A DNA stretch of 64,000 nt from Candidatus Sericytochromatia bacterium (GTDB taxonomy: Bacteria; Cyanobacteriota; Sericytochromatia; S15B-MN24; UBA4093), in contig JAKFBU010000026.1 in NCBI GenBank assembly GCA_036676985.1, positions 160,001-224,000 of the forward strand, read 5' to 3'. The position numbers and the translations under genes were made by a program. Shown here piece by piece: positions 25,767 to 35,569 of the stretch (within the stretch, counting starts at the first letter, position 1; the number at the start of each line of letters is the position of its first letter). The notes under the pieces are model-generated. The model was not told where the DNA came from. It searched no databases and was given only the letters and a program-made list of their open reading frames with translations.

Positions 25767-26687
25767 CTAGAAGGGCACCGCGTCGTTCACCGTCGCCTGC
25801 ACCACGCGCACGATCTCGTCCACCGCCTCGCGGCGGTCGGCGATGCCCATGACGCGCAGCTCGGAGACCAGACCCTCGAGTCTCGTGCGCCAGTCCTCGT
25901 GGGAGAGCGTCATCTCCGGAGCACGCTCGGCGGCCACCACCGTCGCGTAGGCCGCGGCGTTCTGCGTGCCGGGCAGCTGGCCCGAGCCCTTGAAGGCCGG
26001 CTCCGGCATGGGGTCGTAGGCCGGGCCGATCTTGGGGGGGATGCCCAGGGCCTCGTTCACCGCCGCGTTGAGCTTCTTGGTGGGCACGGTGTTGAGCTCG
26101 AACTCCTCGTCGAGCCCGCTGTCGTTCTTGAGCGTGATGCGGCCCGTCTCGAGCACCTTGCGGTGGACCTCAGGATCCGGCAGGCGCGAGATCTGCGCGA
26201 GCTTGGAGATCTGGAGATCCTGCGCGGCAGGAGTCTGATCCAGGTCCACGCCCGCCTTCTCGATGACCTCGCCGACCTTGGCGAGCTGGTAGATGAAGCT
26301 GCGGCTCATGCGCAGCTCCTTGCTCTTGATGTAGGCTTCGAAGGTGTCGTACCCGAGGTTGCGGTAGAGGGCCTGCGAGCGGATCCGGTGCACCAGCTGC
26401 GCGATCTTGGTGACGTGCTCCTGGAAGATCGTCAGGAGATCGTTGAGCTGCTCGTCCGCCTCCTTGGCCGGCGTGTCGTTGGCCGGATCGATGGGCGGCA
26501 GCTCGCGGCCGAAGGGCGCGGGCTTCTTGGCCGGCGTGGCCTCGACCTCGAAGGGATCGGGCATCGAAAACGGGTCGCCGAGCGCTTCCGGTGCTGCTTC
26601 CTCGGGCGCTTCGGGCTCCTGGGGAGTCTCCGAGCCTTCGGGGACCAGGTTGATGGTCTCGATTTCCAGCGCGTCGTCGTCAAGCAT
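25767..26687 (-). CDS. Hypothetical protein with putative HTH-like DNA-binding segment and acidic N-terminus
   Basis: 'IRSQALYRNLGYDTFEAYI...MSRSFIYQL' segment; GC3-biased codons. Confidence 0.7.
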   Translation of the reverse strand: MLDDDALEIETINLVPEGSETPQEPEAPEEAAPEALGDPFSMPDPFEVEATPAKKPAPFGRELPPIDPANDTPAKEADEQLNDLLTIFQEHVTKIAQLVHRIRSQALYRNLGYDTFEAYIKSKELRMSRSFIYQLAKVGEVIEKAGVDLDQTPAAQDLQISKLAQISRLPDPEVHRKVLETGRITLKNDSGLDEEFELNTVPTKKLNAAVNEALGIPPKIGPAYDPMPEPAFKGSGQLPGTQNAAAYATVVAAERAPEMTLSHEDWRTRLEGLVSELRVMGIADRREAVDEIVRVVQATVNDAVPF

Positions 26688-26828
26688 CTAGGAGATCCTT
26701 CCAAGGTGGGGCTTTTCCGCCTCCATCTTAGGTTTTGACGCGCACTTCGGCAAGCTCTCCCACTTCCATGCGGCCCCATTGGCCTTTAGAATCGATCGCA
26801 TTCCTGCTTACTGGAAAGGCTGCTGCTG

Positions 26829-28229
26829 ATGACCACCGAGACCGCCCCCGCGATCGCCTCCTTGGAGGCGGAACACGACTACACCACCGAGATCGTTCCT
26901 CTCTCCGAACGCAAGGGCCCCCTCTTCATGGGCCTGCTCTGGATCACCATGGTGACTGGCCTGAGCACCCTGAGCCTGGGCGTGGGCTTCTACCAGAAGG
27001 GCCTCACGCTCATGCAGACCCTGCAGGGCTGCCTCGGCGGCGCCTTCATGCTGCTCGGCTACACGGCGGGTGCCGCCTACCTGGGCGCCAAGACGGGCCA
27101 GACCTACGCCCTGCTCACCCGCTCGATCTTCGGACGGCTGGGCTCCTACGTCGTCTCGGCCATCATGGTCGTGATCTCGCTCGGGTGGTTCGGCTTCCAG
27201 GCGGAGTTTTTGGCCAAGCTGCTGGATCCTCTGCTCGGCTTCGGCGGGCACCTGCTCGTGCCGACCATCGTCTGCGCCCTCCTGATGGGCGTCACCAACT
27301 ACTTCGGCTTCACGGGCGTGGCGGGCTACGCGCGCTTCGTGGCGGCGCCGGTCCTCCTGGTGCTCGTGCTCTACACGGTGGGCAAGGCCTTCGGCACCGC
27401 GCCCGCGGCCATCTTGTGGGGCCCCTCGACGGCTCCGGTGACGACCAGCGTGCTCGCGGCCGCCGGCGTCGTCATGGGCTTCGGGATCTGGGGCAACGAG
27501 CCCGACTTCTGGCGCTTCGGACGCCCGAAGTTCCACGAGCCGATCCTGCCCCTGGCGGTCGCCATGGCCCTCGGCCTGGTGCTCTTTCCCGCTGCGGGCT
27601 GGGCGCTCGCCGCCATCGGCGGCGCCACCGACGAGGGCTCGGCCGCGGCCTTCCTCACGCAGTTCGCCCTGGGCGGCATGAGCCTCTTGGCGGTGGCGGT
27701 CTTCGCCATCGCGCAGGTCAGCAACAACGACCCCAACCTCTATGAGGCCGTCAACGCCTTCGAGAACGTGACGCAGTGGCCCCGGCGCCCCGTCGTCATC
27801 CTCCTGTGGGTACTCGGCATCGCCACGGCCGTCCTGCTCAGCCGCCTCGCCGACGCCCTCTTCCTCGTCAGCGGCATCACCAGCGTGCTCGTGCCCACGG
27901 CCACCGTCATCATGCTGGCGGAGGTCTTCTGGGTGCCGCGGCTGTTCGGGATCCGCCGCCCGGTCGATCGGGTTCCGACCTGGCAGGAGACCGCCTGGGC
28001 CAACTGGCCCGCCATCGGGGCCCTCCTCGTCGGGGCCCTGGTCGGTGTCTACACCAACGGCACCTTCCCGGGCTTCGGGCCCGGCTTCGTGGGCATTCCC
28101 CCCCTGCAGGCCTGGGGCGCTGCGCTTGCGTGCTATCTGGTTGCGGTGGCCCTCCTCAAGCGTCGTGCGGGATGGCTGGGCCTCCCCGAGCGCTCCCTTC
28201 CCCCCTCGGGAGAGAGCGCCGCGGGCTAG
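26829..28229 (+). CDS. NCS1 purine/cytosine permease (CodB-like)
   Basis: 'DYT..IVPLSERK', 'LTRSIFGRLG', 'GWFGFQ', 'NDPNLY', about 12 TMs. Confidence 0.82.
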   Translation: MTTETAPAIASLEAEHDYTTEIVPLSERKGPLFMGLLWITMVTGLSTLSLGVGFYQKGLTLMQTLQGCLGGAFMLLGYTAGAAYLGAKTGQTYALLTRSIFGRLGSYVVSAIMVVISLGWFGFQAEFLAKLLDPLLGFGGHLLVPTIVCALLMGVTNYFGFTGVAGYARFVAAPVLLVLVLYTVGKAFGTAPAAILWGPSTAPVTTSVLAAAGVVMGFGIWGNEPDFWRFGRPKFHEPILPLAVAMALGLVLFPAAGWALAAIGGATDEGSAAAFLTQFALGGMSLLAVAVFAIAQVSNNDPNLYEAVNAFENVTQWPRRPVVILLWVLGIATAVLLSRLADALFLVSGITSVLVPTATVIMLAEVFWVPRLFGIRRPVDRVPTWQETAWANWPAIGALLVGALVGVYTNGTFPGFGPGFVGIPPLQAWGAALACYLVAVALLKRRAGWLGLPERSLPPSGESAAG

Positions 28230-28432
28230 GAGGCCGCTTTGATGCGTCGGACGAGCTGGACTTGCTCGTCCGGCGTGTTGCCGGGAGCCTGGATGATGGG
28301 TGGATAGCTGACGGGTTTCCGGATGGGACGCTCCTTCTCGTCCACCAGGACGCTCGTCTTCTTCGCCAGGATCACGAAGGCCACCGCCCCGAGCGTCTGC
28401 AGAGCGAGCCAACCGATGAAGATGCTGCTCAT
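28226..28432 (-). CDS. Small single-TM hypothetical protein
   Basis: AAGGAG RBS, then MSSIFIGWLALQTLGAVAFVILAKK (68 aa). Confidence 0.55.
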   Translation of the reverse strand: MSSIFIGWLALQTLGAVAFVILAKKTSVLVDEKERPIRKPVSYPPIIQAPGNTPDEQVQLVRRIKAAS

Positions 28433-28620
28433 CACGTCTCCTTGAGCTCCTCTTCTTGCGAACGGTTCCCGGCCCCCCTCGCCGGGTTGATGTGAGGTCA
28501 CTGGATGTGAGTCGCATCATGTCGTGGTCGTATCATCTCACGGCCGCTCCCTCCGATCCTCGGCCAAACTTCCGGTTGCTCCCGTCCTTTCGGCCAACCG
28601 AGACAACTGGGTTGGACGCG

Positions 28621-28629
28621 TGTTAAGAT
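28621..28629 (+). promoter_or_regulatory. Extended -10 promoter element upstream of trpB
   Basis: TGTTAAGAT; the identical 12-mer TGTTAAGATCGG also occurs at 44989-45000 upstream of the NTP-transferase gene. Confidence 0.45.
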
Positions 28630-28695
28630 CGGCATGAGGGCCTCACGATCGCCTGCTGGCCTGGTGTCGGCCCCGTTCACCGAGGAAGAGGTAGC

Positions 28696-29892
28696 ATGGA
28701 GACGATCTTGCCGGACGCGGGGGGACACTTCGGTCCCTTCGGGGGGCGCTTTGTGCCCGAGACCCTGATGGCCGCCCTGGAGGAGCTCGAGGGCGCCTAT
28801 CGCGCGGCCCTGGCCGATCCGGAGTTCCACCGAGAGCTCGCCTACTACCAGGCCCACTACGTCGGCCGTCCCACGCCCCTCTACTTCGCCGAGCGCCTGA
28901 CCGAGCACTACGGCCGCGCCCGGATCTTCTTCAAGCGCGAGGATCTCAACCACACGGGCGCCCACAAGATCAACAACGCTCTCGGCCAGATCCTCCTTGC
29001 CAAGCGCATGGGCAAGGAGCGGATCATCGCCGAGACGGGCGCCGGCCAGCACGGCGTGGCCTCCGCGACGGTCTCGGCCCGCTTCGGCCTCGCATGCGTC
29101 GTCTACATGGGCGAAGAGGACGCGCGGCGCCAGGCCCTGAACGTGTTCCGCATGAACCTCATGGGGGCTACCGTGCGCACGGTCGACAGCGGCACCAAGA
29201 CCCTCAAGGATGCCCTCAACGAGGCCCTGCGCGACTGGGTGGCGAACGTCCGTAACACCCACTACATCATCGGCACGGTGGCGGGCCCGCACCCCTTCCC
29301 GGAGCTCGTCCGCGAGTTCCAGTCGGTCATCGGCAAGGAGGCCCGCCGCCAGTGCCTGGAGCAGGCGGGCGGCCTGCCGGACTACGTGGTCGCGTGCGTG
29401 GGCGGCGGCTCCAACGCCATGGGCATCTTCCACCCCTTCCGGAACGACGCGGGCGTGCGCCTGGTGGGCGTCGAGGCGGCGGGCGAGGGCGTCGACACCG
29501 AGCGCCACGCGGCGACCCTGACGAAGGGCTCGGTGGGCGTGCTGCACGGCAACCGCACCTACATCCTCCAGGACGACGAGGGCCAGATCCTGCCCGCTCA
29601 CTCGGTGTCCGCGGGCCTCGACTACCCGGGTGTGGGCCCCGAGCACGCCTACCTCAAGGACTCGGGCCGCGCGACCTACGAGGCCATCACGGACCAAGAG
29701 GCCCTGGACGCTTTCCAGCGCATGTGCCGCCTGGAGGGCATCATCCCGGCGCTGGAGTCGGCCCATGCGATCGCCTACCTGGAGCGCCTGATGCCCGAGA
29801 CGACCCAGGACCAGGTGGTGCTCGTGAACCTGTCGGGCCGGGGCGACAAGGACGTCATGCAGGTCTCGGACATCTTGAAGGGGGAAGGCTAG
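28696..29892 (+). CDS. trpB: Tryptophan synthase beta subunit
   Basis: '[10 protein letters not shown]', 'HTGAHKINN', 'ETGAGQHG', '[11 protein letters not shown]'. Confidence 0.97.
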   Translation: METILPDAGGHFGPFGGRFVPETLMAALEELEGAYRAALADPEFHRELAYYQAHYVGRPTPLYFAERLTEHYGRARIFFKREDLNHTGAHKINNALGQILLAKRMGKERIIAETGAGQHGVASATVSARFGLACVVYMGEEDARRQALNVFRMNLMGATVRTVDSGTKTLKDALNEALRDWVANVRNTHYIIGTVAGPHPFPELVREFQSVIGKEARRQCLEQAGGLPDYVVACVGGGSNAMGIFHPFRNDAGVRLVGVEAAGEGVDTERHAATLTKGSVGVLHGNRTYILQDDEGQILPAHSVSAGLDYPGVGPEHAYLKDSGRATYEAITDQEALDAFQRMCRLEGIIPALESAHAIAYLERLMPETTQDQVVLVNLSGRGDKDVMQVSDILKGEG

Positions 29893-30689
29893 TGGGACGG
29901 ATCGAGACGGCGTTCGCCCGTGAGGGCGTCAAGCTCATTCCCTTCGTGACGGTGGGCGACCCGGACAACGACGCCACCGCGCGGATCATCGTCGAGATGG
30001 CCGAGCAGGGGGCGGATCTGGTGGAGCTCGGCATCCCCTACTCGGATCCGGTGGCGGACGGCCCGGTCATCCAGGCCTCCAGCCAGCGCGCCCTCGACCG
30101 CGGCGTGCGGCTCGCCGACGTCTTCGGGGTGGTCCGGGCCGTGCGCGCGCACTCGGAGATCCCGCTCATCCTCTTCACCTACTGCAACCCGGTCTTCCGC
30201 TACGGCCTGGAGCGCTTCGTGCGCGAGGCCGCCGAGGCCGGGGCCGACGGCCTCCTCATGCCGGACATCCCCCCCGAAGAGGCCGCCGAGATCCGCGCGG
30301 CGGCCGGTCGCTACGGCCTCGCCACCGTGTTCCTGGTGGCCCCCACGACCACCGAGGAGCGGATCGGCCTCTTGTGCGAGGCCTCCGAGGGCTTCGTGTA
30401 CCTGGTGGCCGCCACCGGGGTGACGGGTGTCCGATCCGAGCTCGCCGCCGATCTCTCGGACTACCTCGCCCGGGTCAAGGCCAAGAGCCGCCTGCCGGTC
30501 GCCGTGGGCTTCGGGGTCTCGACCCCCGAGCATGCCGCGGAGCTTGCGCGCATGGGCGCGGATGCGGTCGTGGTCGGCAGCGCGCTGGTCGATCGGATCG
30601 GACGCTGGGCCAGTGAGCCGGATCTGGTCGCGCGAGTGGGCGCTTTCGTGCGTGAGCTCAAGGCCGGCGCCCAGCTGGCGCGGGCATGA
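29892..30689 (+). CDS. trpA: Tryptophan synthase alpha subunit
   Basis: 'ELGIPYSDPVADGPVIQ', 'GVTG', 'VGFGVS', 'VVVGSA'; TAGTG coupling. Confidence 0.96.
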   Translation: MGRIETAFAREGVKLIPFVTVGDPDNDATARIIVEMAEQGADLVELGIPYSDPVADGPVIQASSQRALDRGVRLADVFGVVRAVRAHSEIPLILFTYCNPVFRYGLERFVREAAEAGADGLLMPDIPPEEAAEIRAAAGRYGLATVFLVAPTTTEERIGLLCEASEGFVYLVAATGVTGVRSELAADLSDYLARVKAKSRLPVAVGFGVSTPEHAAELARMGADAVVVGSALVDRIGRWASEPDLVARVGAFVRELKAGAQLARA

Positions 30690-30711
30690 GCCGCCCGCCT
30701 CTGCCCCGATC

Positions 30712-30741
30712 TTTGAACGAACTTTAACCTGGAATTAACTG
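30712..30741. promoter_or_regulatory. 11-bp-phased TT(A/G)A direct repeats (Pho-box/OmpR-like)
   Basis: TTGA 30713, TTAA 30724 (TTTAACCT), TTAA 30735 (ATTAACT). Confidence 0.5.
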
Positions 30742-30827
30742 GTTCGCCGCAACCCCGTCCCGCCTCCCCCCGATATAACACTAACGATACGCAGTCTCGT
30801 GGTGGACATGGGAAAGGACGGGGAGCT

Positions 30828-31799
30828 ATGAGGACGAACGGAGCACCGAGGCAGATGGGCGCCTTGGCGATCGCCGCGACGGTCCTGATGACGGTGGCCA
30901 CGGCTGGCTGCGGCACGCAGGTGCCCGGCCCCGACACCGGCTCGACCGGCTCCACCAAGACCGTCACCAAGGACACCGGCCGCGAGGATCTGCCCCGCAC
31001 GATCGCCGACGATCCGCAGGACGTCCCGACCAACATTCCCCAGCCCATCCCCGATCCCGAGAAGCCCGCCGACCCCAAGTCGCTGGCCGTCAAGGCGATC
31101 GCCAACACGATCAACTCCACCGCCCTCCAGGTCTTCAGCCCCAACATGCCGAGCCGCGTGTCGGTCTACGCCGACCTCGTGTGGAGCAAGGTGGACGGGG
31201 CTGCCCAGTTCCGCGTGAGCCGGAACGACGACGGTGGCGACAAGTACTACCCCCTCTACAACGTGCCCGCTTCGTTCCGCGGCTACCGCGACGGCGCGGT
31301 GATGAACCTGCGCATCGACACCGAGTACTCGTACCTGGTCGAGGCGCTCGACTCGAGCGGCAACGTGCTGGCTCGCGGCACCGACAAGACCAAGGCCCTC
31401 TACCCCCTGCCCGTCCCCAAGACCACCGAGCCCGCCAACAACGCGGAGAACATCGGCATCACCCCCAAGTTCACCTGGGAGACCGGCGGCAACACCAAGG
31501 CCGAGGGCTACTACGTCGAAGTCTTCTCGGGCGTCTACTTCACGCCGATGTGGCGCGGCTACCGCCAGGACGGCGAGTTCGGCACGAGCATCACCTACGG
31601 CACCCAGGTCGACATCCAGGCCGGCACCAAGCCCGCCGTGTGGCCCCCGATGGTCCTCCAGCCGGCGGCCAACTACACCTGGTCGGTGACGGCCATCAAG
31701 ACGGATACGGGCAACGCGGCGACCGCCAAGGCGTGGGCCAAGAGCAACTCGCCCGCCTCGCGTTTCTACTGCGGCAAGAAGCCGGTGGGAGGCAACTAA
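30828..31799 (+). CDS. Lipoprotein with FN3/Ig-like beta-sandwich domains
   Basis: Lipobox TAGC; 'EYSYLVEA', 'TPKFTW', 'YTWSVTA'. Confidence 0.7.
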   Translation: MRTNGAPRQMGALAIAATVLMTVATAGCGTQVPGPDTGSTGSTKTVTKDTGREDLPRTIADDPQDVPTNIPQPIPDPEKPADPKSLAVKAIANTINSTALQVFSPNMPSRVSVYADLVWSKVDGAAQFRVSRNDDGGDKYYPLYNVPASFRGYRDGAVMNLRIDTEYSYLVEALDSSGNVLARGTDKTKALYPLPVPKTTEPANNAENIGITPKFTWETGGNTKAEGYYVEVFSGVYFTPMWRGYRQDGEFGTSITYGTQVDIQAGTKPAVWPPMVLQPAANYTWSVTAIKTDTGNAATAKAWAKSNSPASRFYCGKKPVGGN

Positions 31800-31800
31800 G

Positions 31801-33204
31801 ATGAAGCGTCTTACGATTGGCCTTCTGTCCCTCTTGCTCGCGGCCGGCCTCACGGGCTGCGGTCGCAACCCCGTCGTCAAGGGCGGCGGCGGCGACGGCG
31901 CGCTCGTCGTGACGGTCCAGGACGCCGAGGGTCCTGTTGCCGGCGCCAACGTCGAGGTCCTCAACTCGGGCGGCCAGTCGGCCGGCACCGGCCAGCAGGC
32001 CGACGAAGAGGGCAAGGCGACCTTCGAGGGTCTGCCCGAGGGCGACGGCTACACCGTGACCGCCGAGTACAACGGCGCGACCGGCAAGCAGACCGGCGTC
32101 TCCATCAGCGGCGAGACCACGGCCGTCACCATCACCCTCAAGGTCGGCAACGGCCCCGGCGGCATCATCGCCGGCACCGTCAAGATCGCCAACACCGAGC
32201 GCACCCTGCCCGGCGCCAAGGTCGAAGTGGTGGGCACCGCCATCTCGACCACCGCCGACGCCACCGGCCACTACCAGCTGGAGGACGTGCCCGCGGGTCA
32301 GCAGCAGATCAAGGCGAGCTACTCGGGTTACTACGACGGCGTCCGCGACCTGGCGGTCAAGCCCGGCACCTCGAACTCGCTGGTCATCGAGCTGGCTCCC
32401 CAGTCGGCCGGCACCCGCGCTCAGCACACGGTCATCACGACGGCGCAGAGCATCGTCGAGGTCGACCAGTGGCACAACCCGCTCACCACCGCCCGGACCT
32501 CCGAGGCGTGGAGCGCGATGGTCAACCGCTCGACCGGCAACATGCTCGTGGCCGACGCCTTCAAGAACACCGCCTACGAGGCCACCGAGCGCGGCACCAC
32601 GCTCAAGAGCTTCAACGGCACCTCCTGGTGGAAGCTCGGCATCGGTGGCCTGAGCCGCCCCAAGGGCGCCAACTACACCACCTCGGGCACGGTGCTCGTG
32701 GCGGACACCGGCAACAGCCGCGTGGTCGAGATCGACCAGAACGATCGCAAGATCTGGGAGTTCAAGACCCGCCTCAACGCCCCCCGCTGGGCCGAGCGCC
32801 TGCGCAACGGCAACACCCTCATCGCGGACACCGGCAACAACCGCCTGGTGGAGATCAACTCGAACGGCACGCCCGTCTGGGGCCTGGGTGACGGCTCGAC
32901 CTCGATCGTCAACCACCCGACCCACGTGATGCGCCTGCCCAACGGCAACACGCTCGTGACGGATTCCGGCAACAGCCGCGTGATGGAGGTCAACAACGCC
33001 GGGATGCTCGTGTGGATGGTCGGCGGCAGCCGCCCCATCGGCGACGGCGACAACCTCAAGAACCCCAACTGCGCCGTCCGTCTGCCCTCGGGCAACACGC
33101 TCATCGCGGACACGGGCAACAACCGGGTCATCGAGGTGGACGCCAAGAACACCATCGTGTGGAAGAACCAGGCCCCCGCGCCGCTCTTCGCCGACCGGCT
33201 GTAG
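31801..33204 (+). CDS. Lipoprotein with carboxypeptidase-regulatory-like domains and NHL-like beta-propeller
   Basis: Lipobox LTGC; repeated 'GNTLIADTGNNR(V/L)(I/V)E'; 'LPGAKVEV...TTADATGHY'. Confidence 0.82.
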   Translation: MKRLTIGLLSLLLAAGLTGCGRNPVVKGGGGDGALVVTVQDAEGPVAGANVEVLNSGGQSAGTGQQADEEGKATFEGLPEGDGYTVTAEYNGATGKQTGVSISGETTAVTITLKVGNGPGGIIAGTVKIANTERTLPGAKVEVVGTAISTTADATGHYQLEDVPAGQQQIKASYSGYYDGVRDLAVKPGTSNSLVIELAPQSAGTRAQHTVITTAQSIVEVDQWHNPLTTARTSEAWSAMVNRSTGNMLVADAFKNTAYEATERGTTLKSFNGTSWWKLGIGGLSRPKGANYTTSGTVLVADTGNSRVVEIDQNDRKIWEFKTRLNAPRWAERLRNGNTLIADTGNNRLVEINSNGTPVWGLGDGSTSIVNHPTHVMRLPNGNTLVTDSGNSRVMEVNNAGMLVWMVGGSRPIGDGDNLKNPNCAVRLPSGNTLIADTGNNRVIEVDAKNTIVWKNQAPAPLFADRL

Positions 33205-33211
33205 TAGAATC

Positions 33212-33250
33212 GAAAGAGGGCCCGGGGCAAGCGCCCCGGGCCCTCTTTTC
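33212..33250 (+). terminator. Rho-independent terminator
   Basis: AAAGAGGGCCCGGGGC-aagc-GCCCCGGGCCCTCTTT(T). Confidence 0.85.
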
Positions 33251-33255
33251 TCAAA

Positions 33256-33293
33256 GGAACCGTTCGCACTTCGACCAGGCTCAGTGTGAACGG
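33256..33293. repeat. REP-like palindrome family B, copy 2
   Basis: GGAACCGTTCGCACTTCGACCAGGCTCAGTGTGAACGG. Confidence 0.7.
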
Positions 33294-33331
33294 GATTGCT
33301 TGTTGGGCCTGTAGCTTCATGGGAAGGCGAA

Positions 33332-33637
33332 GTGGACCTACCTGCAAAGCTCATCGACAAGGGAATCCGACTGGCGGTGCGCCTGCAGCCCCGCTCGAGC
33401 AAGAACGAGGTCTGTGGCCTGTACGGCGAGGGCACCGAGAGCCGCCTCAAGCTCAAGCTGACGGCACCGCCGGTCGAGGGTGCGGCGAACGCCGCATGCC
33501 AGGCTTACCTCGCCGAGCTCTTCCAGATCGCCAAGAGCGAGGTGCGCCTGGTGGGCGGGGAAAAGTCCAAGGACAAGCTCTGGGACATCGCCGGAGACGC
33601 GCCGGCCCTCCTACGTCGGCTGGGGACCCTGCTCTAG
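33332..33637 (+). CDS. DUF167 (YggU) protein
   Basis: 'VRLQPRSSKNE', 'LTAPPVEGAAN', 'GEKSKDK'. Confidence 0.88.
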   Translation: MDLPAKLIDKGIRLAVRLQPRSSKNEVCGLYGEGTESRLKLKLTAPPVEGAANAACQAYLAELFQIAKSEVRLVGGEKSKDKLWDIAGDAPALLRRLGTLL

Positions 33638-34128
33638 AGCGGCTGCTGGCGCGCCGCCGTATCGTAGGCGTCTCGGCTCGCGAACCAGATGTAGGCCAAG
33701 GACGTCAGGAGGCCGCCGGCATAGGCTCCGATGGTCGTCGTGAAGTAGGGCCCGTTGTTGAAGGCATGCTCGAAGTTCTGGCCCACCAGCAGGCCCAGGA
33801 TGACACCGACGGTCGGAAGAGCCGCTCCGCCCAGCGTCCACATGGTGCCCCGCCAGGGATCGCCGGCATAAAAATGGCCGATGCCGCTCAGCGGAGGGCC
33901 GACCATGAGGCCGAGGGGGCCTGCTGCCAGCGCCGCGCCGCCGATGCCGAGCGGAACCAACAGGCTCAGGTTCGCCGCCAGCCGGGGATCGGGTCCCGTG
34001 CGCTGGGTGGGCGTCGCCGCGAGCGCCTCTGAGCGCAAGGCCAGGGCGTCGAGGTTTCTAGGCTCGGCCGCAAGCGCGGGCATCGAGAGGGAAAGTGCCA
34101 GGGTAGCAGCGAAAAGGGGTCGGGACAT
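33634..34128 (-). CDS. Hypothetical membrane protein (paralog A, GxGHxYAGDP motif)
   Basis: Signal peptide plus TMs; clear similarity to 35570-36082. Confidence 0.7.
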   Translation of the reverse strand: MSRPLFAATLALSLSMPALAAEPRNLDALALRSEALAATPTQRTGPDPRLAANLSLLVPLGIGGAALAAGPLGLMVGPPLSGIGHFYAGDPWRGTMWTLGGAALPTVGVILGLLVGQNFEHAFNNGPYFTTTIGAYAGGLLTSLAYIWFASRDAYDTAARQQPL

Positions 34129-34392
34129 AAGGGAATCCTCCACTCAGTGGTCGTCGACGCGCTGAAACTCCTGCAGCCTTAGGTGGATGGCAGCGCTACG
34201 GCTGGGATGCCCCCGGATTATAAGCCATGCTTGCTCCGTCAGGCCAGCGTCCTGGGCCGGTCCAGGCTGTTCGGGGTGGGTCAGCGCGTGAGTGGATGCG
34301 GTATTGCCCGGTTGGTCGCGCTCATCGAGGCAATCGGCCGACTATTTTATCGCCGCCGCGAGGGAGGGATCATCGCAGGCGCTGGAGGTGAG

Positions 34393-35568
34393 ATGGGTCG
34401 AGACGAGAGCACGCGGTTCACCCCGCACGACCTGGGCTTCGGCATCCTCTTCGACGCCCTCAACGAGGCGGTGGTCGTCGCCGACGCGGCGAGCGATCGC
34501 ATCGTCCTCTGGAACCCTGCGGCCGAGCGCCTGCTCGGCTACTCCGCCGACGAGGCCCGCGAGATGCAGGTCAACGATCTGGTGCCGGAGCCCTTCAAGG
34601 CACGTCACCGGGAGGGCATGCGCCACTATGCCGCGACGGGCCATGGGCGGCTGGTCGATGGCAAGATTCCCTTCGAGATGCCGGCCCTGGCCAAGGATGG
34701 CCGGGAAGTCCCCGTGGAGATGACGCTCTCGCCGGTGCCCGCGGCGCGGGGCTTCGGACGCCTCGTGCTCGCGATCATGCGCGACATGACCGAGCGCCTC
34801 AGGAGCCAGCAGGAAAAGGAACAGTTGCAGGCGGACCGCATCCGGGCGCTCGAGGAGTCCCAGGTGCTGAAGGATCAGTTCATCAGCATCCTCTCCCATG
34901 AGCTGCGGACCCCCATCAACGCCATCACGGGGTTCGGCAGCCTGCTCGAAGACGACGTGGCGGGAACCCTCTCCCCGACGCAGCGCGACTATCTCGGCAA
35001 GATGCTGACCGGGGCCGATCACCTCCTGGTCCTCATCAATGACCTCCTGGACATGAGCCGCATCCAGGCGGGCCGCTTCTCGCTGCGGATGGGGCCGTTC
35101 CGCATGGAGGAGCTGGTGGCGGGTGTGGTCGAGAATCTGAGACCGCTCGCCGAGCAGAAAGGGATCCGCCTCTGTTCGCGGGTATCGGACGGGCTGCCGG
35201 TGGTCGTGGGAGACGCGGGGCGCATCTCCCAGGTGCTCGTCAACCTGGTCAACAACGCCATCAAGTTCAGCTCCCCGGACGGCGCCGTCGAGATCCGAGT
35301 CTCGGACGCCGGGGACGAGCTCTGCTGCACGGTGGTGGACACCGGCATCGGCATCGCGGAGGAGGATCTGCCCAAGCTCTTCAAGCCGTTCAGCCAGGTG
35401 GACATGACCTCGACCCGCAAGGTGGGCGGCACCGGTCTTGGCCTCTCCATCAGCAAGGCCCTCGTCGAGGCCCATGGCGGACACATCGGCGTGCTGAGCG
35501 CCCCCGACCGGGGCAGCACGTTCTGGTTCACGCTGCCGAAGGCCGGTCCGCCGTCCGACCGCGCCTGA
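34393..35568 (+). CDS. Cytoplasmic PAS-domain sensor histidine kinase
   Basis: PAS 'WNPAAERLLGY', H-box 'SHELRTP', 'NLVNNAIKF', 'DTGIGI', 'GTGLGL'; GGAGGTG RBS. Confidence 0.92.
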   Translation: MGRDESTRFTPHDLGFGILFDALNEAVVVADAASDRIVLWNPAAERLLGYSADEAREMQVNDLVPEPFKARHREGMRHYAATGHGRLVDGKIPFEMPALAKDGREVPVEMTLSPVPAARGFGRLVLAIMRDMTERLRSQQEKEQLQADRIRALEESQVLKDQFISILSHELRTPINAITGFGSLLEDDVAGTLSPTQRDYLGKMLTGADHLLVLINDLLDMSRIQAGRFSLRMGPFRMEELVAGVVENLRPLAEQKGIRLCSRVSDGLPVVVGDAGRISQVLVNLVNNAIKFSSPDGAVEIRVSDAGDELCCTVVDTGIGIAEEDLPKLFKPFSQVDMTSTRKVGGTGLGLSISKALVEAHGGHIGVLSAPDRGSTFWFTLPKAGPPSDRA

Positions 35569-35569
35569 A

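Noticed and set aside
28506-28521. CRP/FNR-like site TGTGA-N6-TCATG
   Set aside because: Imperfect half-site and a single occurrence; insufficient support
28500-28695. Trp attenuator or T-box upstream of trpB
   Set aside because: No Trp-codon leader peptide, T-box sequence or terminator is visible
32690-33140. Repeated DNA GCGGACACCGGCAAC as a repeat element
   Set aside because: Explained by protein-level beta-propeller repeats (ADTGNNR)
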